A DNA stretch of 64,000 bases from an uncultured Acidimicrobiales bacterium (lineage in GTDB: Bacteria; Actinomycetota; Acidimicrobiia; Acidimicrobiales; SZUA-35): contig CAWDNZ010000004.1 of assembly GCA_963803845.1 (NCBI GenBank), positions 1,932,801 to 1,996,800 on the forward strand. The letters run 5' to 3'. This document shows positions 37,001-46,465 of the stretch, one piece after another. The notes beneath the pieces are model-generated. The model worked only from the letters and a program-made list of their open reading frames with translations. It ran no database searches and had not been told where the DNA came from. The number at the start of each line of letters is the position of its first letter. Within the stretch, counting starts at the first letter, position 1. The position numbers and the translations under genes were made by a program.

Positions 37001-37647
37001 GACAACCCCTCGTGGCGGTTCTGGACTATGGAATCGGGAATCTCCGTTCCGCTCAGAAAGCCCTGATTCGCGTGGGGTCCGATGCCCGCCTTACCGCCGA
37101 TACCGGTCTCATCGCAGATGCAGACGGCGTAGTTCTTCCCGGTGTCGGGGCTTTTGGAGCCTGCATGAAGGCTCTCCACGGCGGAGGTCTGGCCGAAGCG
37201 GCCGTCGCCGCAGCTGCCAGCGGTCGACCCTTTATCGGTATCTGCGTAGGGATGCAGTTGCTCTATGACGGCAGCGAGGAATCGCCGGGAATCGCTGGAC
37301 TAGGTGTCCTTCCCGGGCAAATCACGCGGCTGCCGGCAACCGTAAAGCGGCCGCAGATGCAATGGAATCGGCTTGATCTCGTGGCGCCCGATCATCCCGC
37401 CGTGGCCGGTCTGGGTGCACCGTGGCTTTACTTCGTGCATTCGTACCGGGCGCCGGTGGATCAACACACCGTCGCTACCGTGGACTATGGCGACGCGGTC
37501 ACCGCAGTGACCGCTCGAGCCAACGTATGGGCAACACAGTGCCATCCCGAGAAGTCGTCGGCCGCTGGGCTGGCGTTGTTGAAGAACTGGGTCGACACCC
37601 TCACCCCCGTCCCCACCCCTGCCGCTGCAGAATCCCTCACGCAATGA
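36997..37647 (+). CDS. hisH: imidazole glycerol phosphate synthase, glutamine amidotransferase subunit
   Basis: 'VAVLDYGIGNLRSAQKAL', 'LPGVGAFG', 'GICVGMQLL', 'FVHSY'. The GTG overlaps the hisB stop (GTGA). Confidence 0.93.
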   Translation: MRQPLVAVLDYGIGNLRSAQKALIRVGSDARLTADTGLIADADGVVLPGVGAFGACMKALHGGGLAEAAVAAAASGRPFIGICVGMQLLYDGSEESPGIAGLGVLPGQITRLPATVKRPQMQWNRLDLVAPDHPAVAGLGAPWLYFVHSYRAPVDQHTVATVDYGDAVTAVTARANVWATQCHPEKSSAAGLALLKNWVDTLTPVPTPAAAESLTQ

Positions 37648-38390
37648 TTCTCTATCCGGCGATCGACCTTCTCGACGGGGCCTGTGTTCGCCTGTTCAAG
37701 GGTGACTACACGCAGGCCACCACCTACAACACCGACCCCGTAGCCCAGGCGATGCAGTTCGCCGATGAAGGGGCGGAATGGATACACATGGTTGATCTCA
37801 ACGCAGCCCGGTCCGGTACCGCCGAGAACGGCGCGGCCATCGCCGCGGTTTGCGCCGCCGTCTCTCTCCCGGTGCAGGTTGGGGGTGGTGTTCGGTCGGT
37901 AGCTCGTGCGGCGGCGCTGGCTGACGCGGGAGTTGCCCGAGTAGTCATCGGAACCGCCGCTGTGGAGAACCCGGATCTCGTTGCCGAGGTCGCGAAGCTG
38001 CAGGCGGTGGCGGTTGGCCTGGACGCTCGTGATGGGATGATCGCCACGCACGGCTGGACTGAGACCACCGGCATTTCGGTCGCCGATGCTGCAAAGCGTT
38101 TCGCCGATGTAGGGATAAGTGCGATCGTCGCTACCGACATTGCCCGGGATGGAACGATGACGGGTCCTGACACGGCTGGACTCGCTGAGCTTCTTGGTCA
38201 AATCTCTGTCCCGGTGATCGCATCTGGGGGCGTCGGCTCGATGGCAGACCTCCTCACCCTTGCGGAGCTGTCGTGGGACCGGAACGGTGCCGAGCGCCGC
38301 CTCGAGGGCGTCATCGCAGGCAAGGCGATCTACGAAGGGGCGTTCACTGTGAGCCAGGCCGTTGCCGTGCTGTCGGAGTTCGGAAAATGA
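37644..38390 (+). CDS. hisA: ProFAR isomerase (HisA/PriA family)
   Basis: '[22 protein letters not shown]', 'VQVGGGVRS', 'VIASGGV'. The ATG overlaps the hisH stop (ATGA). Confidence 0.92.
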   Translation: MILYPAIDLLDGACVRLFKGDYTQATTYNTDPVAQAMQFADEGAEWIHMVDLNAARSGTAENGAAIAAVCAAVSLPVQVGGGVRSVARAAALADAGVARVVIGTAAVENPDLVAEVAKLQAVAVGLDARDGMIATHGWTETTGISVADAAKRFADVGISAIVATDIARDGTMTGPDTAGLAELLGQISVPVIASGGVGSMADLLTLAELSWDRNGAERRLEGVIAGKAIYEGAFTVSQAVAVLSEFGK

Positions 38391-39157
38391 AGGTTGTGCG
38401 CGTTATCCCGTGTCTCGACGTCGACCAGGGACGGGTGGTGAAGGGCGTCAATTTCGTCGATATCCGCGACGCTGGTGATCCGGTGGAACTCGCCGCCGCA
38501 TACGACGCTCAAGGCGCTGATGAACTCGTCTTCTTGGACATCACCGCGTCACATGAGAATCGGGACACCACCGTCGCAATGGCCGCCGCCGTTGCCGAGA
38601 CCGTCTTTATCCCGTTCACGATCGGAGGCGGGGTGCGGTCAGTCGACGACGCTCGAAAGTTGCTTCGGGCCGGAGCGGACAAAGTCTCGGTCATGTCAGC
38701 GGCGTTGGCACGTCCCGAATTGATCGCTGAGATCGCGGCCGAGTTCGGTTCGCAATGTTGTGTGGTGGCAATCGATGCCCGCGCCTCTGCCTCCACCCCC
38801 AACGGTTACGAGGTCTACTCCCACGGTGGCCGCCGGGCCACCGGAGTTGATGCCATCGAATGGGCGATCGAAGCGGCGGCTCGGGGAGCTGGTGAGATTC
38901 TGCTTACCTCCATGGACCGCGATGGAACCAAGGCCGGCTTCGACCTCGATCTCACTGCCGCAGTCGTGAATGCCGTTTCGGTGCCCGTAGTTGCCTCTGG
39001 GGGAGTAGGAACTCTGGAGCATCTCACCGAGGGCGCCAGCATCGCCGGTGCCGACGCTGTGTTAGCCGCGAGCATCTTCCATTTTGGTGAGCACACGATC
39101 GCAGAGGCCAAGGCCCATCTCACTCAAGCTGGGATCACGGTCAGGCCGGCTGGCTGA
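38387..39157 (+). CDS. hisF: imidazole glycerol phosphate synthase, cyclase subunit
   Basis: '[18 protein letters not shown]', '[10 protein letters not shown]', 'TIGGGVRS', 'VASGGVG'. The ATG overlaps the hisA stop (ATGA). Confidence 0.95.
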   Translation: MKVVRVIPCLDVDQGRVVKGVNFVDIRDAGDPVELAAAYDAQGADELVFLDITASHENRDTTVAMAAAVAETVFIPFTIGGGVRSVDDARKLLRAGADKVSVMSAALARPELIAEIAAEFGSQCCVVAIDARASASTPNGYEVYSHGGRRATGVDAIEWAIEAAARGAGEILLTSMDRDGTKAGFDLDLTAAVVNAVSVPVVASGGVGTLEHLTEGASIAGADAVLAASIFHFGEHTIAEAKAHLTQAGITVRPAG

Positions 39158-39175
39158 GCACCGTAGACTCAGCGG

Positions 39176-39502
39176 GTGAAAGAGAACGGACGTCTGCCGA
39201 TCAAGATGCTCAACGATCGGGTGTTGGTGCAACTGGAGGGGGCTGAAGGTGATCGTCGCAGCAGCGGTGGAATCCTCATCCCGGCAACGGCCCAGGTGGG
39301 GAAGCGCCTCACGTGGGCCAGGGTTGTTGCCCATGGCCCCAATGTTCGGTCCATGCAGTTGGATGACCGGGTTCTGTTTAATGCGCAGGACCGATCCGAG
39401 GTGGAGGTGGGCGGAACCGACTACATCATGCTCCGGGAGCGAGACATCCACGCCGTGGCAGCCGAACGGCTCGACGATTCGCCCACCGGGCTGTATCTCT
39501 GA
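39176..39502 (+). CDS. GroES/Cpn10-fold protein with a 14-residue C-terminal extension ending G-L-Y-L
   Basis: '[12 protein letters not shown]' (compare GroES 'IKPLGDRVLV'), mobile-loop-like '[13 protein letters not shown]', 'ARVVAHGPN', 'DDRVLF', '[12 protein letters not shown]', then '[14 protein letters not shown]'. The stop overlaps the hisI ATG (TGATG). Confidence 0.7.
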   Translation: MKENGRLPIKMLNDRVLVQLEGAEGDRRSSGGILIPATAQVGKRLTWARVVAHGPNVRSMQLDDRVLFNAQDRSEVEVGGTDYIMLRERDIHAVAAERLDDSPTGLYL

Positions 39503-39843
39503 TGGATTTGGCTACCGAACTAGTCTTCGATGACGACGGGCTCATTCCGGCCATCGTCCAGGATGCTCGAAGCGGCGAGGTCCTGATGATGGCGTGGATG
39601 AACGAAGAGGCGATTCGTCGTTCGCTGGAAGGAGGCGAAACCGTTTTTTGGAGCCGGTCTCGTTCAGAGTTCTGGCATAAGGGTGCAACATCGGGGAATA
39701 CACAGAGGATCATTTCTGCCGCCGCAGACTGCGATGGAGACACCCTTTTGTTCAAGGTGGAACCGGCCGGGCCCGCCTGCCATACCGGTGCCAACAGCTG
39801 TTTCTTTGATGCGTTGGCCCTCGCAGGGGAACCCGAACGGTGA
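39502..39843 (+). CDS. hisI: phosphoribosyl-AMP cyclohydrolase
   Basis: '[23 protein letters not shown]', 'FWSRSR...WHKG.TSGN.Q', 'DCDGDTLL..V...GPACHTG..SCF'. Confidence 0.93.
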   Translation: MDLATELVFDDDGLIPAIVQDARSGEVLMMAWMNEEAIRRSLEGGETVFWSRSRSEFWHKGATSGNTQRIISAAADCDGDTLLFKVEPAGPACHTGANSCFFDALALAGEPER

Positions 39844-41360
39844 AGCTCCAACTCGACGTTGATCGCACCCGGTTTCGACAATTGGCCAAGGATTTCCGGG
39901 CCATCCCCGTGCGCGCCGAGCTCCTGGCCGACATGGCCACGCCGGTCAGCGCCTTCATGCGCTGTGTTGGCGATGAAACCGGTTTCCTGTTGGAGTCGGC
40001 GGAAAATGGCGAGCGGTGGAGCAGGTACTCCTTTGTGGGGCGCCGTCCGGCCGCGAGGCTGATCGCTCGGGGTCTCGCCGTCGAGGTCGACGGAACACTG
40101 CCGAGCGAGAGTCTGCCAACCGATCGCGGGATCCTTGCCGCTATCGACCACCTCATCGGCGAGTTCTCGTCCCCCACCGAGCCGGATGATCCTCCGCTGG
40201 GAGCAGGGCTGGTGGGCTTCATCGGCTACGACGTCGTGCGCGAGATCGAGCATCTTCCCAACGCCCCTCGGGACGATCGCAACTACCCGGACGCAGTGAT
40301 TGACGTTGTAGGAGACATCGCCGCCTACGACCACTGGCGCCAGCGGGTGCTTCTCGCTTCGGTGGCACTCCTTCCGGTAGACCCCACCACCGAACAAATC
40401 GACTCTGCCTACGACGATGCCGTCGACCGCCTTCACACCTTGGCTGCCGACGGTGCTCGACCGCTGGCCGAACCGATGCTGCAGCTCCCGGCACAACAGC
40501 CGGTTCCCGAGGTCTCTTCAACCTTGGGGGGCGGGCTGTATCAGCACGCCGTTCGCGCCGCCAAGGAATACATCGTGGCCGGCGACATCTTCCAGGTGGT
40601 GCTGTCACAGCGATTCGACTTCCCGCTCGAGGCCGAGGACACCGACGTCTACAGGGTGCTGCGCCAGATCAATCCCAGCCCGTACATGTATCTCCTGCGC
40701 TACCCGTCGCTTAGCCTGGTGGGTTGTTCCCCCGAGCCGCTGGTCCAGGTTCAACATGGACGGGTGATCTCGCGACCGGTGGCTGGTACTCGGTTCCGCG
40801 GTCGCGACGATGCCCACGATCGACGACTCGCCGCCGAGCTGATCGAAGACCCAAAGGAGCGAGCGGAACACGTGATGCTTGTTGACCTGGCCCGCAATGA
40901 CTTGGGCCGAGTGGTTCGGTTCGGATCGCTAGAGGTGGCCGAAATGATGACGCTGGAGCGATACAGCCACGTCATGCACCTCACCAGCCAGGTTGAAGGA
41001 GATCTTGCGGACGGGGTTTCGGTGGTCGACGTGCTCCGCGCCACGTTGCCAGCCGGGACGGTGTCGGGTGCACCGAAGGTGCGGGCCATGGAGATCATCG
41101 ACGAACTTGAACCGTTGCGCCGCGGCCCCTATGCGGGGGTGGTCGGCTATTTCGGTTTCAACGGCTCACTCGATAGCGCAATCACGATCCGTACGATGAT
41201 TTGCGCCGATGGTCAAGCGTCGGTGCAGGCCGGCGCCGGCGTCGTGGCCGATTCTGACCCGGAACTCGAAGATCTCGAGTGTCAGAACAAGGCCCGGGCT
41301 CTACTGTCGTCGGTCCTGGCGGCCAACGAACTTCGAGCTGCTCGGCAGCGGCCCTCTTAG
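39840..41360 (+). CDS. trpE: anthranilate synthase component I
   Basis: 506 aa; '[12 protein letters not shown]', 'NPSPYMYLL', '[15 protein letters not shown]', '[10 protein letters not shown]'. The GTG overlaps the hisI stop (GTGA). Confidence 0.93.
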   Translation: MKLQLDVDRTRFRQLAKDFRAIPVRAELLADMATPVSAFMRCVGDETGFLLESAENGERWSRYSFVGRRPAARLIARGLAVEVDGTLPSESLPTDRGILAAIDHLIGEFSSPTEPDDPPLGAGLVGFIGYDVVREIEHLPNAPRDDRNYPDAVIDVVGDIAAYDHWRQRVLLASVALLPVDPTTEQIDSAYDDAVDRLHTLAADGARPLAEPMLQLPAQQPVPEVSSTLGGGLYQHAVRAAKEYIVAGDIFQVVLSQRFDFPLEAEDTDVYRVLRQINPSPYMYLLRYPSLSLVGCSPEPLVQVQHGRVISRPVAGTRFRGRDDAHDRRLAAELIEDPKERAEHVMLVDLARNDLGRVVRFGSLEVAEMMTLERYSHVMHLTSQVEGDLADGVSVVDVLRATLPAGTVSGAPKVRAMEIIDELEPLRRGPYAGVVGYFGFNGSLDSAITIRTMICADGQASVQAGAGVVADSDPELEDLECQNKARALLSSVLAANELRAARQRPS

Positions 41361-42586
41361 CTGCCCGCTGACGGCTCGGTTGCGGGGTCCACCGGGACGG
41401 TGGATTCGGCTGCTGTCGGCGTGTCGGAGGGCGGCATGACCGTGGGCCAGAGGGTGCTCAGCTCATCCCAAACCCGTTCCGCTACCCATTGGCTACCGAC
41501 CTCGGTCATGTGGACGCCGTCGTTCTGGCGGGCCAGCTGCTGTCCACCTTGGGGCCCATCCACGAACTGGGCGTAGCGGCCGTCGCCGTTGCTGAGGAGG
41601 TCTTGCAGTTCGACCACTGAGACCCATGGACGCAGCGATGCCTGGGAGCGAACCACATCGTTGATCTGTTGTGTGATCGTTTCGCGGCGGGCGTCCTGCA
41701 TTGGGGGAAGGAGGATCCAGATCAGCCGAGCGTCGGGATATGCCACAACGTCCATAAGGAGGCCCACTCGGCGTCGGTATTCTTCCTGCCACTCCGGGGT
41801 CGCCGGATCCAGGACAGCATTCTGGAGCCGCATGGCCTGGTCGTCGTTGCCGCCAACCATGAAGATGAACGCCTCAGGCCGAGATTCGGCGGCGGCCAAA
41901 TCGGTGAAATGGGCCGGCCAGTCGAAGTAGTCCGGTCGCGCCAGACCGGTGGAAATGTGGTAATCGATTTGCAGGTCGGTGCGTTCAGGCGGCGCGACAC
42001 GATAGGCGATGTGTCCGGCGATGAATTGTCCCAGGCTGTCACCCCCCATCCACACCCGCAGCGGCTCGTCTGCGGTGATCTCCCGCAGTCCAGGTTCCGG
42101 GTCTGGCTCGGGTGCTGGTTCTGGCGCGGCACTGGCGTCCTCGCCGCCGGAGCCGTTGGTCTCCGCTGGCGGCGCATCCACAGCCAAGTCTGTTTCGTTC
42201 GCTACAGCCGCCAGTTCCTGGGGCGCATCGGCTACCGCCAGTTCGCCCAGAATGACGGTGTCTGGGGCATCGTCGTACCCCAGAGCGCCGCGCAGCCAAT
42301 CGGCCGGACGGTCGGTGTAGAGATTGTGACTGGCGTCGTCGACGGTCTCGGCGGCCAGGAGCCACCGGTCTCGGGCGGGTCCGAATTCCATTCGCTCGGC
42401 GATGTCCAGCATTGATGAGGACGCCAGGAAGGCCGACAAGATCAGAGCGAGCAACGTTCCAAGCAGCACCCGGAATGGCTCGAACCGAACTTTCGGTTCT
42501 GTCTCGATCGGCGTGGCGCGACGGGGCGGCGCAGGGTTTCGACCCACAACCGCGGGGGTTACTGGATAGCTCGTTCGCGACTTCAT
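41357..42586 (-). CDS. membrane-anchored SGNH/GDSL hydrolase family protein (AlgJ/AlgX- or PatB-like acyl-transfer partner)
   Basis: N-terminal TM ('VLLGTLLALILSAFLASS'), block I 'VWMGGDSLGQ', later 'MVGGNDD' and 'DGVHMT' blocks. The start overlaps the MBOAT stop by 1 nt. Confidence 0.7.
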   Translation of the reverse strand: MKSRTSYPVTPAVVGRNPAPPRRATPIETEPKVRFEPFRVLLGTLLALILSAFLASSSMLDIAERMEFGPARDRWLLAAETVDDASHNLYTDRPADWLRGALGYDDAPDTVILGELAVADAPQELAAVANETDLAVDAPPAETNGSGGEDASAAPEPAPEPDPEPGLREITADEPLRVWMGGDSLGQFIAGHIAYRVAPPERTDLQIDYHISTGLARPDYFDWPAHFTDLAAAESRPEAFIFMVGGNDDQAMRLQNAVLDPATPEWQEEYRRRVGLLMDVVAYPDARLIWILLPPMQDARRETITQQINDVVRSQASLRPWVSVVELQDLLSNGDGRYAQFVDGPQGGQQLARQNDGVHMTEVGSQWVAERVWDELSTLWPTVMPPSDTPTAAESTVPVDPATEPSAGS

Positions 42587-43952
42587 CAGAACTGGAAGTA
42601 GATGAACGGTTGGACGCCGGGCGGGCTGACGGCGGTGACCACCAGGATCCAGGCGGCGAAAGCGGTTCCCTGAAGTAGCGGGTCGAGCCGAACGAAGCGG
42701 TCGAAGAGGGCCTTGGCGGTACCCAGCGGCTGGAACTGCAACACGATGGCACCCACAATAAGCGAAACCGCAACGGTGTTGACGCCACTCACGCCACCCT
42801 CAGCGGTGATCAAACCGGAAAAGACATCCACGGCGTGGCCAAATGTTGGCGCCCGGAACAGAACCCAGGCCGCACCCACAACATGGAAGGTGATGAGCCA
42901 CTGGATAACGGCCGGGAGGCGGAAGCCGCGGGTCAATCGCTCGAGCGCCAACCAGCCACCGTGGATCGCTCCCCAGGCGACGAACGTCCACTGTGAGCCA
43001 TGCCACAAGCCGCCCAAGACCATTGTGAGCAACAGGTTCCGGTAGGTCAGCAGCTTGCCGTGTCGATTACCGCCCAACGGGATGTAGAGGTAGTCCCGCA
43101 ACCAACGCGACAGCGTCATGTGCCAGCGACGCCAGAAATCGGTGATGGTGAGGGCGCGATATGGCGAGTTGAAGTTCTGCGGGAATGAGAATCCCAGCAG
43201 CAGGGCAATACCTATGGCGATATCGGTGTAGCCGGAGAAATCGGCGTAGATCTGGATGGCATAGCCATAGATCCCCATCAATAATTCGGTCCGAGTTGCA
43301 AGGTTCGGAGCCTCGAAGACTGGATCGACCACACTAGTGGCGAGGTAGTTGGCTACTACGACCTTCTTGAACAGACCCTGGCCGATCAACCACGCCGCCT
43401 CACCCGATGCCACAGCTCCGGCTACCGCGTGGGTCTTCAGCTGAGGAAAGAACTCGGTTGCCCGCACGATCGGTCCGGCCACGAGTTGGGGGAAGAAGGC
43501 CAGGTAGAGGGCAACATCGATCAGATTGTGAGGCTGCAACTGACGCCGATGAATGTCCACCAGGTAGCTGATGGCCTGGAATGTGAAGAAGGAGATCCCG
43601 ATCGGCAGGATGATCGCCACGGCTGGCCCGGTGCGCCCGAACATTCCGGCGAAGGAAGACGTAAAAAGAGGAAGTACTTGAAGAACCCCAGCAGCAGCAG
43701 GTTGACCGCTACCCCGATCGCAGCAACCTCCCGTGGGCGGTCGGGGTTGCTGCCGATGGCGATCCCGAGCCCCCAGTTGAACACCACGGACCCGCCAAGA
43801 AGAAGCGTGAGCCGGTAATCAAACCAGCCGTAGAAGAAAAAGGATGCGGCCAGCATGAACGGTTTCCAGAGCAGCATCGACCGCCGCACGGCGGTGTGGC
43901 CGAGCATTACAAAGAGGAAAAAGACGCCGAAGGTGAACGTGGGAAAGAGCAT
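42586..43952 (-). pseudogene. MBOAT family O-acyltransferase (AlgI/DltB/PatA-like) split by a frameshift in a T5 run
   Basis: The N-terminal part 'MLFPTFTFGVFF...LLLLGFFKYFLF' is in the frame of ORF 43521-44024. The continuation '(F)TSSFAGMFGRTGPAVAIILPIGISFFTFQAISY...WHMTLSRWLRDYLYIPLGGN...GLWHG' is in the frame of ORF 42586-43644. The frames meet at the minus-strand 'CTCTTTTTACG' (forward A5 at 43663-43667). Confidence 0.75.
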
Positions 43953-44001
43953 GGGTGAAAAGGCCGAAGCAAAGCTCGGCGGCCGGAGCATACTTGAATA
44001 C

Positions 44002-44871
44002 GTGTCACTCTGGAGAAGCCTCACCCCGCCAATTCAAGAAACGTTTCTGATCCGAGGGACCCGGCTGCTCGACGTTGTCACCGTCGCGGGGCCGGAGGCG
44101 GGGACGTATCTCCAGGGCCAGCTCTCGGCAAACGTCACCGGACTTGGCGTTGGTGAAATGGCGCATTCACTGCTTCTGCAGCCTCAGGGCAAGATGGTGG
44201 CGTGGTGCCGCCTGGTTCGCACAGGTGACGAGTCGTTTGCGGTCGTGGTCGACCGAGGAGCTGGTCCGGTTGTCGTCGAGCGTCTTGAACGCTTCAAACT
44301 CCGAACAAAGTGTGAGATCACATTGGAGGAAGTGGAGGCCATCGCGGTTCGGTCGTCGGAGGATGTCGCCGAGCTCGGGAATTCAGTCGATGACCACGGA
44401 CGGTTGCGATTTGTTCCACTGGGTTGGCCAACGCTGGCGGGTGCGGATGTGCTTGACCCCACGGCTCTTGGCGAGCTCACCCCCACCCGTGAGGAGCACC
44501 TCATCGAACCACTTCGTATCGCCGCAGGAATCCCTGCCCACGGCACTGAAATCACCGAAAGTACGATTCCCGCTGAATTGACAGTGGTCGACATGTCTAC
44601 AGACTTCGCCAAAGGCTGCTATGTCGGACAGGAACTGGTAGCTCGCATGGACTCTCGTGGCAACAACGCTCCTCGTCAAGTCAGGGTGGTCGTTGGTTCG
44701 GGAGAGCCGCCGGACCTTGGTGCTGCGGTGACCAGCGACGATGTCGAGATCGGGCTCCTCACCAGCGTTGCTGCCGTTTCCGATGGCTGGGTGGCGCTCG
44801 CTTCGATCAAACGGGCCGGCCTGGACACAAGGTCGGCCATCGTTGATGGTCGAACGGTAGAAGTGGCCTGA
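44002..44871 (+). CDS. ygfZ: folate-binding YgfZ/GcvT-like protein
   Basis: Signature 'KGCYVGQELVARMDSRG' near the C-terminal third and 'AGPEAGTYLQGQLS' near the N-terminus. The start is uncertain (GTG 44002, ATG 43951, or the ORF-track 43855). Confidence 0.75.
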   Translation: MSLWRSLTPPIQETFLIRGTRLLDVVTVAGPEAGTYLQGQLSANVTGLGVGEMAHSLLLQPQGKMVAWCRLVRTGDESFAVVVDRGAGPVVVERLERFKLRTKCEITLEEVEAIAVRSSEDVAELGNSVDDHGRLRFVPLGWPTLAGADVLDPTALGELTPTREEHLIEPLRIAAGIPAHGTEITESTIPAELTVVDMSTDFAKGCYVGQELVARMDSRGNNAPRQVRVVVGSGEPPDLGAAVTSDDVEIGLLTSVAAVSDGWVALASIKRAGLDTRSAIVDGRTVEVA

Positions 44872-44872
44872 C

Positions 44873-45673
44873 ATGGCGATTACCTACCTCGACAAGATCC
44901 TCGATTTCCACCGGGACCGCGCCGCCGCCGATGAGCGGAGCGAGGCGTGGCTCCACGAAGCCGTTGCGGCACAAGCGGCGAGCACTCCCGAATCGGTTGG
45001 TCGGCGGGGTTTCGCCGCCAGCTTGGTAGCCCCGGGGTTGGCCGTGATCAGCGAAATCAAGCGTCGTTCTCCCTCGAAGGGTGACCTTCTCGCCAACCTG
45101 GACCCGGTTCACCTGGCAACCGAATACGAAGCAGGCGGAGCTCAAGCTCTTTCGGTGCTCACAGACCAACAACACTTCGGCGGGTCAACAATGGATTTGG
45201 TGCAGGCCCGAGCTGCCGTTTCGATCCCCGTGCTCCGCAAGGACTTCACCGTGGATCGGCGCGACATCCTGGACGCCCGCCTCATGGGGGCCGACTGCGT
45301 ACTGCTCATCGTCGCCGCATTGAACGATGATGAGTTGAGTGAGTTCCGGCAACTCGCCGCCGACGTAGGCCTCGATGCACTGGTGGAGACCCATGATGAA
45401 GCCGAGGTGGAGCGAGCAATTGGCGCCGGTGCAAATCTCATCGGCGTGAACCAACGGGACCTCGTGACCTTTGAAGTAGACACGGACCGAGCGGTGCGCG
45501 TTCGAGCCGCCATCCCGGCCGACGCGGTGGCGGTGGCCGAGAGTGGGATCAGAGGGCCAGAAGATGCCGCCATCTTGGCCAAAGCGGGGTACCACGCAAT
45601 CCTGGTGGGCGAGTCGCTTGTCACCAGCGGCGACCCCCGGGGAGCTCTGCTGTCCCTCCGGGGGCCGTTCTAA
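44873..45673 (+). CDS. trpC: indole-3-glycerol phosphate synthase
   Basis: 'VISEIKRRSPSKG', 'LSVLTD..HFGGS', 'PVLRKDF', 'IGVNQRDL'. Confidence 0.93.
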   Translation: MAITYLDKILDFHRDRAAADERSEAWLHEAVAAQAASTPESVGRRGFAASLVAPGLAVISEIKRRSPSKGDLLANLDPVHLATEYEAGGAQALSVLTDQQHFGGSTMDLVQARAAVSIPVLRKDFTVDRRDILDARLMGADCVLLIVAALNDDELSEFRQLAADVGLDALVETHDEAEVERAIGAGANLIGVNQRDLVTFEVDTDRAVRVRAAIPADAVAVAESGIRGPEDAAILAKAGYHAILVGESLVTSGDPRGALLSLRGPF

Positions 45674-45805
45674 CGCCACGGAGGCTCTGCCTCCGGCGCT
45701 CCAACAGATGGGGTGTGAGTCGGGGCTGGGACTGCTCAACGCGGGTTGCCTTCGGCGCCGTGTCCGGTCGCATTGCTGGGTGGGGTGGGGGAGTAGGATC
45801 AGAGG

Positions 45806-46465
45806 GTGTTTGTGAAGATCTGCGGTATGACCAGTGCGGAGGATGCGCTGATGGCGGCTGGTCTTGGGGCTGATGCGGTGGGCTTCATTTTTGCGCCGTC
45901 CTCTCGGCAGGTCTCGCCGGGCAGAGTTCGTTCGATTGTGGAACGCATGCCAACGAACATCCTCCCGGTCGGCATCTTTCGGAACGAGGCACGAGAGCGC
46001 GTTGTCGAGATCACAAACAGAACCGGCATCCGGGCAGTTCAACTGCACGGCAACGAGAGCCCCGAGGAAACCAAGTGGATCACCGAGCGCGTCCCAGCCG
46101 TTATTCGAGCGGTTCCCGCTGGATCGAGGGCGATGGTGGAACATGAGTCCTTCGGCAAGGTCCGATTCTTGATCGATGGCCCGGCGCCAGGGTCCGGCGA
46201 GACCTTCGACTGGAACATCCTGCGAGAGATGCCGATCAACCGTCAGTTCATTCTGGCTGGCGGCCTCAATCCCGATAATGTGGTCGAGGCGATATTGGCG
46301 GTGAATCCTTGGGGAGTGGATGCGGTCACCGGAGTTGAAGATCGCCCTGGTGTGAAGGACGCTTCCCTGGTCCGCCAGTTCATCGTTAACGCTCGATCTG
46401 TGCCAAGGTCTCAGACCGACGCTCCACTCTCGTTGTCCGACGAATGGGAGGACACATCAATATGA
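45806..46465 (+). CDS. trpF: phosphoribosylanthranilate isomerase
   Basis: '[27 protein letters not shown]...SRQV', 'VQLHG', '[11 protein letters not shown]'. GTG start. Confidence 0.88.
   Translation: MFVKICGMTSAEDALMAAGLGADAVGFIFAPSSRQVSPGRVRSIVERMPTNILPVGIFRNEARERVVEITNRTGIRAVQLHGNESPEETKWITERVPAVIRAVPAGSRAMVEHESFGKVRFLIDGPAPGSGETFDWNILREMPINRQFILAGGLNPDNVVEAILAVNPWGVDAVTGVEDRPGVKDASLVRQFIVNARSVPRSQTDAPLSLSDEWEDTSI

Noticed and set aside
43950-43953. Divergent MBOAT and ygfZ ORFs could both start in one palindromic CATG.
   Set aside because: Overlapping divergent start codons leave no room for either promoter. The ygfZ start is more likely downstream (e.g. GTG 44002), and the conserved YgfZ core begins well after that.
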